Shown here one piece after another: positions 17,155 through 26,921 of a stretch of 64,000 nt of DNA (positions are counted from its first letter, which is position 1; every line of letters starts with the position of its first letter). Made by a program: the position numbers and the translations under genes. This DNA is from Nitrospirota bacterium (GTDB taxonomy: Bacteria; Nitrospirota; Thermodesulfovibrionia; Thermodesulfovibrionales; UBA9159). Under the pieces are notes generated by a model. That model searched no databases. It saw only the letters and a list, made by a program, of their open reading frames with translations, and was not told where the DNA came from. The stretch spans positions 4,951 through 68,950 of the forward strand of contig JAMCWJ010000076.1 in assembly GCA_023475105.1 (NCBI GenBank), in the 5' to 3' direction.

Positions 17155-19290
17155 TCATCCCTTCGCTTTCAGCTGGAGCGCCTTTTTTCTGATCTGTGCG
17201 TTCTTCGACTTCAGTCCGGCCTCTATAAGGTCCCCTATCTCTGCCGACGGATAATTCCCGAGGGCGGCGTAGAGCTCCTCTTTCAACTTCTCGACCGCTC
17301 CCTTGAACAGAAGGCTCCTGGTTGCAAGAACCTCCCTCAGGGCCTTCAGAGCGTCCAGCCCCCCTATCTGGCCTAAGGCCCTCACCACGGGGATCTTCGC
17401 ATAAAAGTCGGCGCTTCCCGATTCCCTCTTTTTCAGGAGAGCGACCAGGTCGGGAACAGCCTCACGCAGTCTGAACGAACCCGAAAGGGCTATCGCCTGT
17501 TCACGCATTTCACGCGTCCCCGTCCTCAGGTGTTCCCTGATTGCGGAGGCCCCATAACTGTCCCCGGCCCTGAGGAGACATTTTACCGCCTCAAGACCCA
17601 CCTTCGCGTTTCCATGATGACAGTAAGGCCTCACCCGGGCAGTTGCCTCACTGTCGCCGCACTCACCTATGATAAAGAGCATGTTCCTCGTCACAAACCA
17701 CCTGCCGTCGCCGAGATACTTGAGCGCCTCCGCGCCGGCCTTGCGTCCGAAGCGTACGATGAGGCTCAGGAAAAACCGTCTCACTGTCTGCGACTCCTCG
17801 CCGATGAGTGCCCTGAACAGGTCGGACAGCATACCCTCCCCGCAATATTCGCAGAGCCGGACCGCTTCTGCTCTCATCTGTCTTCCCATCGTCCTGAAGG
17901 AATCGATCAGCTTCGCCACGAATTCCCGGGACCGAAAATACCGGAGCGACCCGGCGGTCTTTTCGACAAACCTGCGTCGCAAAATATTCGATTCCAGGAC
18001 CTCCACTATCTTCATCACCTCGCCGTATTGGCCGGTCCACAGAAATTGATCCGCCTGTTCTCTCAAGAGCGTCACAAAATAGCCATACTCTTCCTCCGAG
18101 CTTTCGGGCAGGAGGAATTCGAGGATCGTGTCGTTGAAGTCCTTCTCTATATATTCCTCGCTGCACTCCCTCTTGAGCTCTTTCAGTTCCTCAGTGACAA
18201 CCGCCGGAACGGTCCCGTCCAGGAGACGAAGGATCTGTCCCTGATAGACCTCGTCGCCTGAAGAGGCTTTGGGCCTGTTCCCCACCGCAGGAGTTGCAAC
18301 TTCAGCGGAGAGCATGATGTCGTCCATGATCAGGCTTCCTTCAAAAAAACGGTCTTCGATACCTTTCCGGTGAAGCCGTCTGAACTTATCGAGCAGCTGT
18401 TCGAGCTGCGCGGGAACAGCGACGCCATGTTCGCGAATGAGTCCAAGAAGCTCCGCGGCCTTATCCGGGGAAAGCTCACCCAGGGCCTTTTCGGCGGCAA
18501 CAGTCTCACCGGAGAAGACTTCGACCATGCTCGAAAGAAACTCCTTTTTCAGTTCAGGCCTCAGTCCCCTGATAAGTTCAATGAGCTTTCTGAGCCCCCT
18601 GACGGAAAAGATCTTTCCGTCGGCAATCTTCATTAAGGCCTTCACCGTTCTGCCGCATGCTTCTTTGTCCGCTCCTCCGGTGATCGTGGTATTCAGGAAT
18701 CCCGAGAGCTTCTCCACAGGAATCTCCTCTACGGCCTCCGCCGTCTCTTCGTCCTCCAGCGTCCCTGTGAGGAGACCGTACACGTATCGTTCCCAGAGAT
18801 GGCCCTCCTCCCCCGCCTGCTCTTTTTCTCCTTCGCGGAAAGAGAATGCCCCGTAATCGACAAGTCCTATATGGATATGGCTGAACATATGAGAAGCCTC
18901 CTCCCGTGAGACGGGGGCCGAGGCTTCCTTCGGATTCCTTGAGAAAAGCTTGTGAAACTCGTAGAGTTCGTCCTTGGTCACCCCGCGGAGGAACGTCACC
19001 GATACGATATTCATCTTGCTCAGCTGCAGGGCAACCTCCGTATGAGCGGCGTTCCTTTTCTCGAGCGCGAGATCATCGAAGACGAGGCTGTCCTTTGCGA
19101 CCACAAGAACGATCTCGTCTTTCATGGCGAGGAGCTTTTGGAGCGAGGCGAGGGCCTTATCCAGCGATCTCTCTACAGCGGGATGGCCCCGGGGATAGAT
19201 CGAAGCGTTTCTTCTGGAGACGCCTAACTCGGTGACGGTCCTGCTGAGCGCGCGGGCATCGGGGGGAAGCTCTCCTCTCTCTTCGGTCAT
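17155..19290 (-). CDS. HEAT-repeat protein sharing an N-terminal domain with the adjacent HD-GYP protein
   Basis: The C-terminal 200 aa show HEAT/PBS-lyase-like repeats (…VRALGQIGGLDALKAL…, …AVKCLLRAGDSYGASAI…). The N-terminal ~100 aa align without gaps to the HD-GYP N-terminus at roughly 25% identity by eye. Confidence 0.6.
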   Translation of the reverse strand: MTEERGELPPDARALSRTVTELGVSRRNASIYPRGHPAVERSLDKALASLQKLLAMKDEIVLVVAKDSLVFDDLALEKRNAAHTEVALQLSKMNIVSVTFLRGVTKDELYEFHKLFSRNPKEASAPVSREEASHMFSHIHIGLVDYGAFSFREGEKEQAGEEGHLWERYVYGLLTGTLEDEETAEAVEEIPVEKLSGFLNTTITGGADKEACGRTVKALMKIADGKIFSVRGLRKLIELIRGLRPELKKEFLSSMVEVFSGETVAAEKALGELSPDKAAELLGLIREHGVAVPAQLEQLLDKFRRLHRKGIEDRFFEGSLIMDDIMLSAEVATPAVGNRPKASSGDEVYQGQILRLLDGTVPAVVTEELKELKRECSEEYIEKDFNDTILEFLLPESSEEEYGYFVTLLREQADQFLWTGQYGEVMKIVEVLESNILRRRFVEKTAGSLRYFRSREFVAKLIDSFRTMGRQMRAEAVRLCEYCGEGMLSDLFRALIGEESQTVRRFFLSLIVRFGRKAGAEALKYLGDGRWFVTRNMLFIIGECGDSEATARVRPYCHHGNAKVGLEAVKCLLRAGDSYGASAIREHLRTGTREMREQAIALSGSFRLREAVPDLVALLKKRESGSADFYAKIPVVRALGQIGGLDALKALREVLATRSLLFKGAVEKLKEELYAALGNYPSAEIGDLIEAGLKSKNAQIRKKALQLKAKG

Positions 19291-19438
19291 GGCACTAGTG
19301 TATCAAAAAAGCGGCCCCCAGCACCACATCGCCGGTCAAGGATCGCCGGGGAGTGTATCGCTTCCTCCTGAGGCGGTGCGAGAGGCTTTTCCCTCTCTTG
19401 TGGTACAATATGCGTATTCTTTTTGAAGGGAGGGCGGT

Positions 19439-19903
19439 ATGAAGATCATCGAAGGTGAATTACAGGCAAAGGGTCTCAGGTTCGGCATTATCGTCAGCAG
19501 GTTCAATGATTTCATCACAAGCAAGCTGCTGGATGGCGCCCTTGACGCGCTCCGCAGACACGGCGCGGATGAAAAGGATATAGAGGTGGTGAAGGTCCCG
19601 GGCTCTTTCGAGATACCTATGGTCGCAAGAAAGCTTGCAGCCAAAGGCACGTACAGCGCCGTCATATGCCTCGGCACGGTGATACGCGGCGCGACGCCCC
19701 ATTTCGAATACGTCGCTGCCGAGGTATCCAAGGGGGTCGCCTCTGCATCCATCGAGACGGGCGTCCCGATCGCCTTCGGTGTGATCACCTCCGACACGAT
19801 CGAACAGGCGGTCGAGCGCGCCGGGACGAAGAGCGGCAACAAGGGCTGGGATGCCGCCCTTACCGCCATAGAAATGGCGCAGGTGATCAAAAAGCTCACA
19901 TGA
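19439..19903 (+). CDS. ribH: 6,7-dimethyl-8-ribityllumazine synthase
   Basis: [13 protein letters not shown]...VPGSFEIP...[14 protein letters not shown] is the canonical RibH pattern. Confidence 0.95.
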   Translation: MKIIEGELQAKGLRFGIIVSRFNDFITSKLLDGALDALRRHGADEKDIEVVKVPGSFEIPMVARKLAAKGTYSAVICLGTVIRGATPHFEYVAAEVSKGVASASIETGVPIAFGVITSDTIEQAVERAGTKSGNKGWDAALTAIEMAQVIKKLT

Positions 19904-20319
19904 AACGCAGGAAGGGAAGGGAGTTTGCGTTTCAATTTCTCTTTCAGTTCGATTTTACCGGCAGGAGACCGGCGCAAAAAGATTTTGACGAATTCTGGGC
20001 GGACAAAGACGTGGACTTGGACGGCAGGGCGTTCACCGAGGACCTTGTACTCGGCACCATCGACAATCTCCGCGAGATAGACGCTTCGATACAAAAGGCC
20101 GCAGAGAACTGGGTGCTCCAGAGGATGGCGGCCGTCGACAGAAATGTTCTAAGGGCCGCGACGTACGAACTCCTCTACCGGAAAGACATCCCTTCCGCCG
20201 TGACAATCAATGAGGCGATAGAGATCGCAAAGCGTTACTCCTCTGTCGAGGCGGCCTCTTTCATCAACGGGATCCTCGACACGATCGCCAGAGGGATAGA
20301 AGGCAAGGGGATGAGATAG
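19899..20319 (+). CDS. nusB: transcription antitermination factor NusB
   Basis: The ATG at 19899 overlaps the ribH stop. [10 protein letters not shown]... and [16 protein letters not shown]...[14 protein letters not shown] are NusB-like. The ribH-nusB order is classical. Confidence 0.9.
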
Positions 20320-21045
20320 ATGCGTTACGCCGTCGTCTCCGATGTCCATGCGAACCTCGAGGCCCTCGAAGCCGTGCTCGCGGATATCGAAAGCAGAGAC
20401 CTGGAAGAGATACTTTTTCTTGGCGACGCGGTCGGTTACGGTCCGAACCCCAACGAATGCGTCGCGCTCCTGAAGGAACGCTGCAAGATCATGCTCGCGG
20501 GAAACCACGATCTGGCAGCGATAGGCAGTACCGGCCTCGAGTACTTCAATGAATATGCAAAGGCCGCCATCCTCTGGACACAGAGCGTCCTGACGGAGAA
20601 AAACCGAAGGTTCCTCGGGACATTGCCGGTGAAGAAGCACAGGAATAAGGAAAACGTCCTCCTCGTCCATTCGACACCGAAGGAGCCGGAGGAGTGGCAT
20701 TATCTTTCGACCCTATGGGACGCGGAGATCAATTTTCACTATTTCAGTGAACGGATCTGCTTCATCGGACACAGCCATATGCCCTTTCTCATCGAGAGAC
20801 TGCCCTCGGGTGAAATGCTCACCTCTACCGATAAGGGAAGTCTCGGGAAAAGCGCGAGATATATCATCAACGCGGGCAGCGTCGGCCAGCCGAGGGACCG
20901 TGACCTCAGGGCATGTTACGTCGCCGCAGACGATGATGCAGTGGAGTTTGTGAGAGTCGATTACAGGAGAGAAGCTACGCAGCGCAGGATGCATGAGTTC
21001 GGCCTTCCCCGGCCTCTCATCGAGAAGCTTTCGGAGGGAGCGTAG
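20320..21045 (+). CDS. metallophosphoesterase family protein
   Basis: Motifs VSDVHAN, GDAVGYG, GNHD and GHSH of the calcineurin-like phosphoesterase fold. Confidence 0.8.
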   Translation: MRYAVVSDVHANLEALEAVLADIESRDLEEILFLGDAVGYGPNPNECVALLKERCKIMLAGNHDLAAIGSTGLEYFNEYAKAAILWTQSVLTEKNRRFLGTLPVKKHRNKENVLLVHSTPKEPEEWHYLSTLWDAEINFHYFSERICFIGHSHMPFLIERLPSGEMLTSTDKGSLGKSARYIINAGSVGQPRDRDLRACYVAADDDAVEFVRVDYRREATQRRMHEFGLPRPLIEKLSEGA

Positions 21046-21160
21046 TTTCTCGCGGGCGCGGACATGGTCTGCGGGCCGTCCATTTGGAGAGCGCGGCGAG
21101 GCTGAGGTGCCGCAGCGTGTGCAGGTTCCTGATTGTAAATCTTCTTGAGAGGGAGACAGG

Positions 21161-22465
21161 ATGATACCAAGATACACACGGCCGGAAATGGGCAGGATAT
21201 GGACTGTCGAGAACAAATACAAAAAGTGGCTTGATGTGGAGCTCGCCGCCTGCGAGGCATGGTCTGAGATCGGAGAGATTCCGAAGACGGCCCTGAAGGC
21301 GATCAGGGAAAAGGCGCGTTTCGACATTGTGCGAATCGATGAAATAGAGAAGACCGTAAAACACGATGTCATCGCTTTTCTCACGTCGGTAGCGGAGAGC
21401 GTCGGACCGGAGTCGAGGTACATCCATAAGGGCCTTACCTCCTCGGACATCGTCGATACAGCCCTCTCCCTGCTGATGAGGGAAGCCGCCGAGATGATAG
21501 GGACGGACCTGAGAGAACTGACGGACGTCCTGAAGAGGCAGGCCTTTCACTACAAGGACACCCCCTGCATGGGCCGGAGCCACGGCGTCCATGCCGAACC
21601 AATGACCTTCGGACTGAAGTTCGCCCTCTGGTACGAGGATATGAAGAGAAACGCACGGAGGATGAAAGAAGCAAAGGACGTCATCAGCGTCGGGAAACTC
21701 TCGGGCGCTGTCGGTACGTTCTCGAATATCCCCCCGGCGGTCGAAGAGAAGGTGTGCAAGAAGCTCGGGCTCAGGCCGGAGCCTGTGGCGACTCAGGTGA
21801 TCCAGAGGGACAGGCACGCCGAATACCTGACGAATCTCGCACTGGTCGCTGCCTCCGCCGAAAAGATAGCGGTTGAAGTGCGCCACCTCCAGAGGACGGA
21901 GGTCCTGGAGGCTGAAGAGCCTTTCGACGCCGGACAGAAGGGGTCTTCGGCCATGCCCCACAAGAGGAATCCCGTGGGCTGCGAAAATATCTCGGGGCTC
22001 GCAAGGGTCGTCAGGGCAAATGCAATGGCGGCGCTGGAAGATATCGCCCTGTGGCATGAAAGGGACATTTCGCATTCATCGGTGGAACGTCTCATTGTTG
22101 CCGACAGTTGCATTCTCGTGGACTATATGCTCGCCCGTCTCAAAGACATACTGGCAGGCCTCCTCGTCTATCCTGAAAGAATGAAGGAAAATATGGCGAA
22201 GAGTCACGGCCTTTACAATTCACAAAGGGTCCTCCTCGCCCTCACGGGAAAGGGCCTCACCCGGGAAGAGGCGTACGCCATAGTCCAGAGAAACGCCATG
22301 AAGAGCTGGAAAGAGGGAAAAGATTTCAGGAAACTGCTGATGGGAGACAAAGAAGTGAAAAAGTTTCTCACCCCGGGGATGATCGCCCGGATATTCGACC
22401 TTAAGCACTATTTCGGGAACGTGGATTATATCTTCACGCGGGTGTTCGGCAAGGACAGGCCATGA
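21161..22465 (+). CDS. purB: adenylosuccinate lyase
   Basis: MIPRYTRPEM..., the fumarate-lyase signature GSSAMPHKRNP, and a length of 434 aa. Confidence 0.95.
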   Translation: MIPRYTRPEMGRIWTVENKYKKWLDVELAACEAWSEIGEIPKTALKAIREKARFDIVRIDEIEKTVKHDVIAFLTSVAESVGPESRYIHKGLTSSDIVDTALSLLMREAAEMIGTDLRELTDVLKRQAFHYKDTPCMGRSHGVHAEPMTFGLKFALWYEDMKRNARRMKEAKDVISVGKLSGAVGTFSNIPPAVEEKVCKKLGLRPEPVATQVIQRDRHAEYLTNLALVAASAEKIAVEVRHLQRTEVLEAEEPFDAGQKGSSAMPHKRNPVGCENISGLARVVRANAMAALEDIALWHERDISHSSVERLIVADSCILVDYMLARLKDILAGLLVYPERMKENMAKSHGLYNSQRVLLALTGKGLTREEAYAIVQRNAMKSWKEGKDFRKLLMGDKEVKKFLTPGMIARIFDLKHYFGNVDYIFTRVFGKDRP

Positions 22466-22650
22466 AGGCGACGGTGCAGCTGACAATCAAGACGGCGTCC
22501 GTTCCGGAGGCGCAAAGGCTCCTCCGGACGCTTTGCGAGGGGCTCGTTGCGAGCGGTTCGATTGAAGAGTACCGGTTTGAAATCGATACGGCCGAAGGCG
22601 CCGTTACGGAGAAATGTCTGCTCTCGGAGGAGGGCAGGGTCGTCGCCTGA
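22462..22650 (+). CDS. hypothetical 62-aa protein, translationally coupled to purB
   Basis: ATGA overlap with the purB stop. No recognisable motif. Coding status is uncertain. Confidence 0.3.
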   Translation: MKATVQLTIKTASVPEAQRLLRTLCEGLVASGSIEEYRFEIDTAEGAVTEKCLLSEEGRVVA

Positions 22651-22825
22651 AGGCGGTAGAAAGCGCCAGGTGGGCGGGAAAGAACGGATCGCAGCTTATT
22701 GGTATACTACTAATGGGCGACCTGGTTCAGGCACGCCCACAAACAGGAAGAGATCGGCGTGACCGTCATGCCGCCTTACGTACGTACTTCCCGGCAGGCT
22801 TTCGATTGCGGAGGATTGCACAGAA

Positions 22826-25800
22826 TTGTCCCTGACGTATGCATACAGGAAACCGGTTCTTTCTGAAGCGGGGAAAGAGAACCTCCTCTCGCGGTTGAGG
22901 CGTGACGTCTCACCCGGTATACTAGACATCGAGTCGGAATACTGTTTTTATATCGAGAGCCGGGAACCCCTCGAAGCGGGCGAATATGAACTCCTGCACT
23001 GGCTTCTCAGGGAAACGTTCGAACCCGAAAACTTCTCGGTTGAAAGCTTCCTCGTCGGAAACGCCGGACCTGAAACTCCGGATGTTCTTCTCGAGGTCGG
23101 GCCGAGGATGAACTTCACTACTGCCTGGTCGACAAACGCGGTTTCTGTCTGCCACGCCTGCGGTCTGAAGAAGATCCTGCGCATCGAACGTTCGAGGAGA
23201 TACCGATTAGTCGGAACCCTGAAGTCGGAAGTCACAAGTCAGAAAAACGATGCGGAACTACTTTCGTCGCTCATTACTCGTCACTCGTCGCTGTTCTATG
23301 ACCGGATGACGGAATGCCCTTACAGAGAGAGGCTCACCTCCTTCGAGACCGGGATGCGGCCCGAGCCGGTGCGCGAGGTCAGGGTCATTGAAGAGGGCCG
23401 GGCAGCGATAGAGGGAATCAACCGGGAGCTCGGTCTCGGACTCGACAAATGGGATATCGACTACTATTACTCCCTTTTCGCGGATGACCTCGGGAGAAAC
23501 CCTACAAACGTCGAATGCTTCGACCTCGGCCAGTCAAACAGCGAACATTCGCGGCACTGGTTCTTCCGGGGGAAACTGATCATAAACGGGCAAGAGATGC
23601 CGCAAACGCTGATGGAGATCGTAAAGGAGCCCTATAGAAAAAACCCCCGCAACAGCGTGATCGCTTTCAAGGACAACTCGAGCGCCATACAAGGATACGG
23701 GATTAGGACACTCATCCCCTTGAATCCCGGCAGACCTTCGCCTTTTCTCGAAAGAGAGCTTGTGTATCACATCATCTTCACCGCGGAGACCCATAATTTT
23801 CCGAGCGGGGTCGCACCGTTCCCCGGCGCCGAGACGGGAACGGGCGGCAGGATACGGGACGTTCAGGCAGCGGGAAGAGGCGGGCTTGTGGCGGCGGGTA
23901 CCGCGGCATACTGCGTCGGCAATCTCAGGATTCCCGGATACGAACTCCCCTGGGAAGACGGGTCCTTTGCCTATCCGGAGAACCTTGCGTCCCCTCTCCA
24001 AATAGAGATCGAGGCGAGCAACGGCGCGTCCGACTACGGGAACAAGTTCGGAGAGCCCGTGATACAGGGCTACACCAGGTCTTTCGGGATGAGGCTTCCG
24101 GGCGGAGAAAGAAGGGAATGGATCAAGCCCATTATGTTCACAGGCGGCGTGGGACAGATGGATGCCGGTCACGTAGCGAAGGGGGAACCGGACAAGGGGA
24201 TGCTCATCGTAAAGATCGGGGGCCCCGCTTACAGAATAGGCATCGGGGGCGGGGCCGCCTCGAGCATGATCCAGGGAGAGAATGTCGAGGAACTGGACTT
24301 CAACGCGGTGCAGCGGGGCGACGCCGAAATGGAGCAGAAGATGAACAGGGTCATTCGCGCCTGTATCGAACTCGGGGAAGAGAACCCGATCATAAGCATC
24401 CATGACCAGGGCGCGGGAGGAAACTGTAACGTCATAAAGGAGCTGATCTATCCCGCAGGGGCAAGGATAGAGATACGGAAGATACCGCTTGGAGACAATA
24501 CGCTCTCCGTTTTGGAGATATGGGGCGCCGAATATCAGGAAGACAATGCCCTTCTGATCAGGCCTGAGAAGGCGGAGATGTTTGAGGCCCTCTGCAGCCG
24601 GGAGAAAGTGCCCTTTGCCTTTATCGGGCAGATAACCGGTGACGGCTATATCGTCCTGTATGACGAGCATGACGGAAGCACCCCGGTGAACCTGGACCTC
24701 GGGAAGGTCCTCGGCGAGATGCCGCAGAAGACCTTTATGTTCGAGAGGACCAAACCCCTGGTCGAACCTCTCGGACTCGCCGGTGTTACAGTCAACGATG
24801 CGCTCGAAAGGGTGCTTAAACTCCTCTCCGTCGGCTCGAAGCGATTCCTTACGAACAAGGTCGACAGGTCCGTTACCGGACTGATCGCGCGGCAGCAGTG
24901 CACAGGTCCGCTCCAACTGACCGTCTCCGATGTAGCGGTGGTGGCCCAGAGCCATTTTGGCGTGACGGGCGCAGCGCTCTCGATCGGAGAACAGCCCGTG
25001 AAAGGCCTGATCGATCCCGGATGCATGGCAAGGATGTCTGTGGCAGAGGCGCTCACGAACATCGTCTGGGCAAAGATAAGCGCCCTTGAGGATATTCGCT
25101 GTTCAGCGAACTGGATGTGGCCGGCAAAACTTCCCGGCGAGGGCGCCGCGCTTTATGACGCGGCCGTTGCCATGAGGGACCTCATGGAAGAACTCGGCAT
25201 AGCCGTCGACGGGGGAAAGGACAGTCTCTCGATGGCGGCGGTCGTTCCCCGGGAGAAGGGCGGGAAGGAGATCGTCAAGGCTCCGGGCAGTCTCGTGATA
25301 TCGGCGTATGCGACATGTCCTGATGTCACGAAAGTCGTGACCCCCGATATAAAAAAACCTGGCGGAAGCAGACTCCTCCTCGTGGAGATGGGAGAAGGGA
25401 AACACCGGCTCGGAGGTTCTGCGCTCGCCCAGGTCTACGGACAGATAGGAGATGACTCTCCCGACATCGAAGATGCGGCGCTCCTGAAACGCGCCTTCAC
25501 CGCCACCCAGAAGCTCGTCGACGAAGGGCTCATCCTTTCGGGTCACGACGTGAGCGACGGCGGCCTGATCGTCGCGCTTCTCGAGATGGCGTTTTCGGGG
25601 AATTGCGGACTTCAAGTGACTCTCGGGAACGTTCCCGGGATGGCGCTCTCCCTCCTCTTTGCAGAGGAAGCGGGTCTGGTCATGGAATATCCGCCCGCAT
25701 ATGAGGACGCAGTCTTTCAAGTCCTCCGTGGCGCAAATCTGGATTTCAGGGTCATAGGAGAGACCCTGTCGGAGAAATCCGTCACGGTGCTCTGCGGCGG

Positions 25801-26797
25801 GGAGCAGGTGCTCGTCGGGAATATGGAGGGCCTGAGGGCACTGTGGGAAGAGACGAGTTATCGGCTCGACCGGCTCCAGGCAAACCCCGAATGCGTCGAT
25901 GAGGAGAAGAAAAACATCTTTGAACGAACAGGGCCCCGCTTTGCCCTTCCGTACACGCCCGGAGAGACCCCTCCGGCACTTCTCAGCGGGAAATTCAGGC
26001 CTGCAGTCGCGGTCATACGTGAAGAGGGGAGCAACGGCGACAGGGAGATGACCTCAGCCTTTCACTCTGCGGGCTTCGAAACGTGGGACATCTCGATGAC
26101 CGACCTGCTGAAGGGAGAGGCGACCCTCGACGGGTTCAGGGGAATCGCCTTCGTAGGGGGCTTCAGTTATGCCGACGTCCTCGACTCGGCAAAGGGCTGG
26201 GCGGGCGCGATACGCTTTCACAGGGGGCTGTACGGACAATTCCGGCGCTTCTATGAACGGCAGGACACCTTCAGCCTCGGGGTATGCAACGGATGCCAGC
26301 TCATGGCCCTCCTCGGCTGGGTCCCGTGGCAGGGGATAGAGGACGCACTTCAGCCGAGGTTTATTCGCAACAGGTCCGGCCGTTTCGAATCACGGTTCGC
26401 TTCCGTAAAAATCCTGCCGAGCCCTTCCGTCCTGCTGAAGGGCATGGAAGGTTCGACCCTCGGCATCTGGGTCGCGCACGGAGAGGGAAGGGCGCACTTT
26501 CCCGACGAGGCGTTAAAACAAAAGGTGCTCGCCATGAATATCGCCCCTGTCAGATACGTCGACGACGGGGGGACTATTACCGAATCCTACCCGTTCAATC
26601 CCAACGGCTCGCCCGAAGGCATTGCCGCGCTCTGCTCGCCCGACGGGAGACATCTCGCCGTCATGCCGCATCCGGAAAGGACATTTCTGAAGTGGCAATG
26701 GCCGTGGATGCCGGAAGAGTGGAGGAATACCCTCGGGGCCTCGCCCTGGCTCAGGATGTTCCAAAATGCGCGGCTATGGTGCGAAGGGAATGCGTAG
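22826..26797 (+). CDS. purL: phosphoribosylformylglycinamidine synthase, large single-chain form
   Basis: 1323 aa with a PurS-like N-terminus, an FGAM synthetase core (ETHNFPS, GGKDSLSM) and a C-terminal glutaminase (GVCNGCQLM, HPE). The start codon (TTG at 22826) is uncertain. Confidence 0.9.
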   Translation: MSLTYAYRKPVLSEAGKENLLSRLRRDVSPGILDIESEYCFYIESREPLEAGEYELLHWLLRETFEPENFSVESFLVGNAGPETPDVLLEVGPRMNFTTAWSTNAVSVCHACGLKKILRIERSRRYRLVGTLKSEVTSQKNDAELLSSLITRHSSLFYDRMTECPYRERLTSFETGMRPEPVREVRVIEEGRAAIEGINRELGLGLDKWDIDYYYSLFADDLGRNPTNVECFDLGQSNSEHSRHWFFRGKLIINGQEMPQTLMEIVKEPYRKNPRNSVIAFKDNSSAIQGYGIRTLIPLNPGRPSPFLERELVYHIIFTAETHNFPSGVAPFPGAETGTGGRIRDVQAAGRGGLVAAGTAAYCVGNLRIPGYELPWEDGSFAYPENLASPLQIEIEASNGASDYGNKFGEPVIQGYTRSFGMRLPGGERREWIKPIMFTGGVGQMDAGHVAKGEPDKGMLIVKIGGPAYRIGIGGGAASSMIQGENVEELDFNAVQRGDAEMEQKMNRVIRACIELGEENPIISIHDQGAGGNCNVIKELIYPAGARIEIRKIPLGDNTLSVLEIWGAEYQEDNALLIRPEKAEMFEALCSREKVPFAFIGQITGDGYIVLYDEHDGSTPVNLDLGKVLGEMPQKTFMFERTKPLVEPLGLAGVTVNDALERVLKLLSVGSKRFLTNKVDRSVTGLIARQQCTGPLQLTVSDVAVVAQSHFGVTGAALSIGEQPVKGLIDPGCMARMSVAEALTNIVWAKISALEDIRCSANWMWPAKLPGEGAALYDAAVAMRDLMEELGIAVDGGKDSLSMAAVVPREKGGKEIVKAPGSLVISAYATCPDVTKVVTPDIKKPGGSRLLLVEMGEGKHRLGGSALAQVYGQIGDDSPDIEDAALLKRAFTATQKLVDEGLILSGHDVSDGGLIVALLEMAFSGNCGLQVTLGNVPGMALSLLFAEEAGLVMEYPPAYEDAVFQVLRGANLDFRVIGETLSEKSVTVLCGGEQVLVGNMEGLRALWEETSYRLDRLQANPECVDEEKKNIFERTGPRFALPYTPGETPPALLSGKFRPAVAVIREEGSNGDREMTSAFHSAGFETWDISMTDLLKGEATLDGFRGIAFVGGFSYADVLDSAKGWAGAIRFHRGLYGQFRRFYERQDTFSLGVCNGCQLMALLGWVPWQGIEDALQPRFIRNRSGRFESRFASVKILPSPSVLLKGMEGSTLGIWVAHGEGRAHFPDEALKQKVLAMNIAPVRYVDDGGTITESYPFNPNGSPEGIAALCSPDGRHLAVMPHPERTFLKWQWPWMPEEWRNTLGASPWLRMFQNARLWCEGNA

Positions 26798-26921
26798 CGC
26801 CTGAAGACTTTCTCTCCTGACCGGGCGCGTTGCCGGAGACGGGAGAGCACGCCCTCCTCGCCGCATAGGCAAAGCGCGGAACTTCTGGTATAGTGATAAG
26901 CAATATGCTCTTACCGGGAGG

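Noticed and set aside
19291-19438. FMN riboswitch upstream of ribH.
   Set aside because: The 148-nt spacer lacks the conserved FMN-element segments as I remember them. It also holds the divergent upstream region of the HEAT-repeat gene.
22462-22650. PurS encoded between purB and purL.
   Set aside because: The sequence does not resemble PurS (no MKxxVxVxLKxGVLDPQG pattern). The large single-chain PurL already contains the PurS-like N-terminal domain. The ORF is kept only as a low-confidence hypothetical.
22651-22825. Purine or ZTP (pfl) riboswitch upstream of purL.
   Set aside because: There is no match to the purine-riboswitch loop/junction consensus or to the ZTP CCGCCUGGGC-type 3' element. 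Only two short GC hairpins are present.
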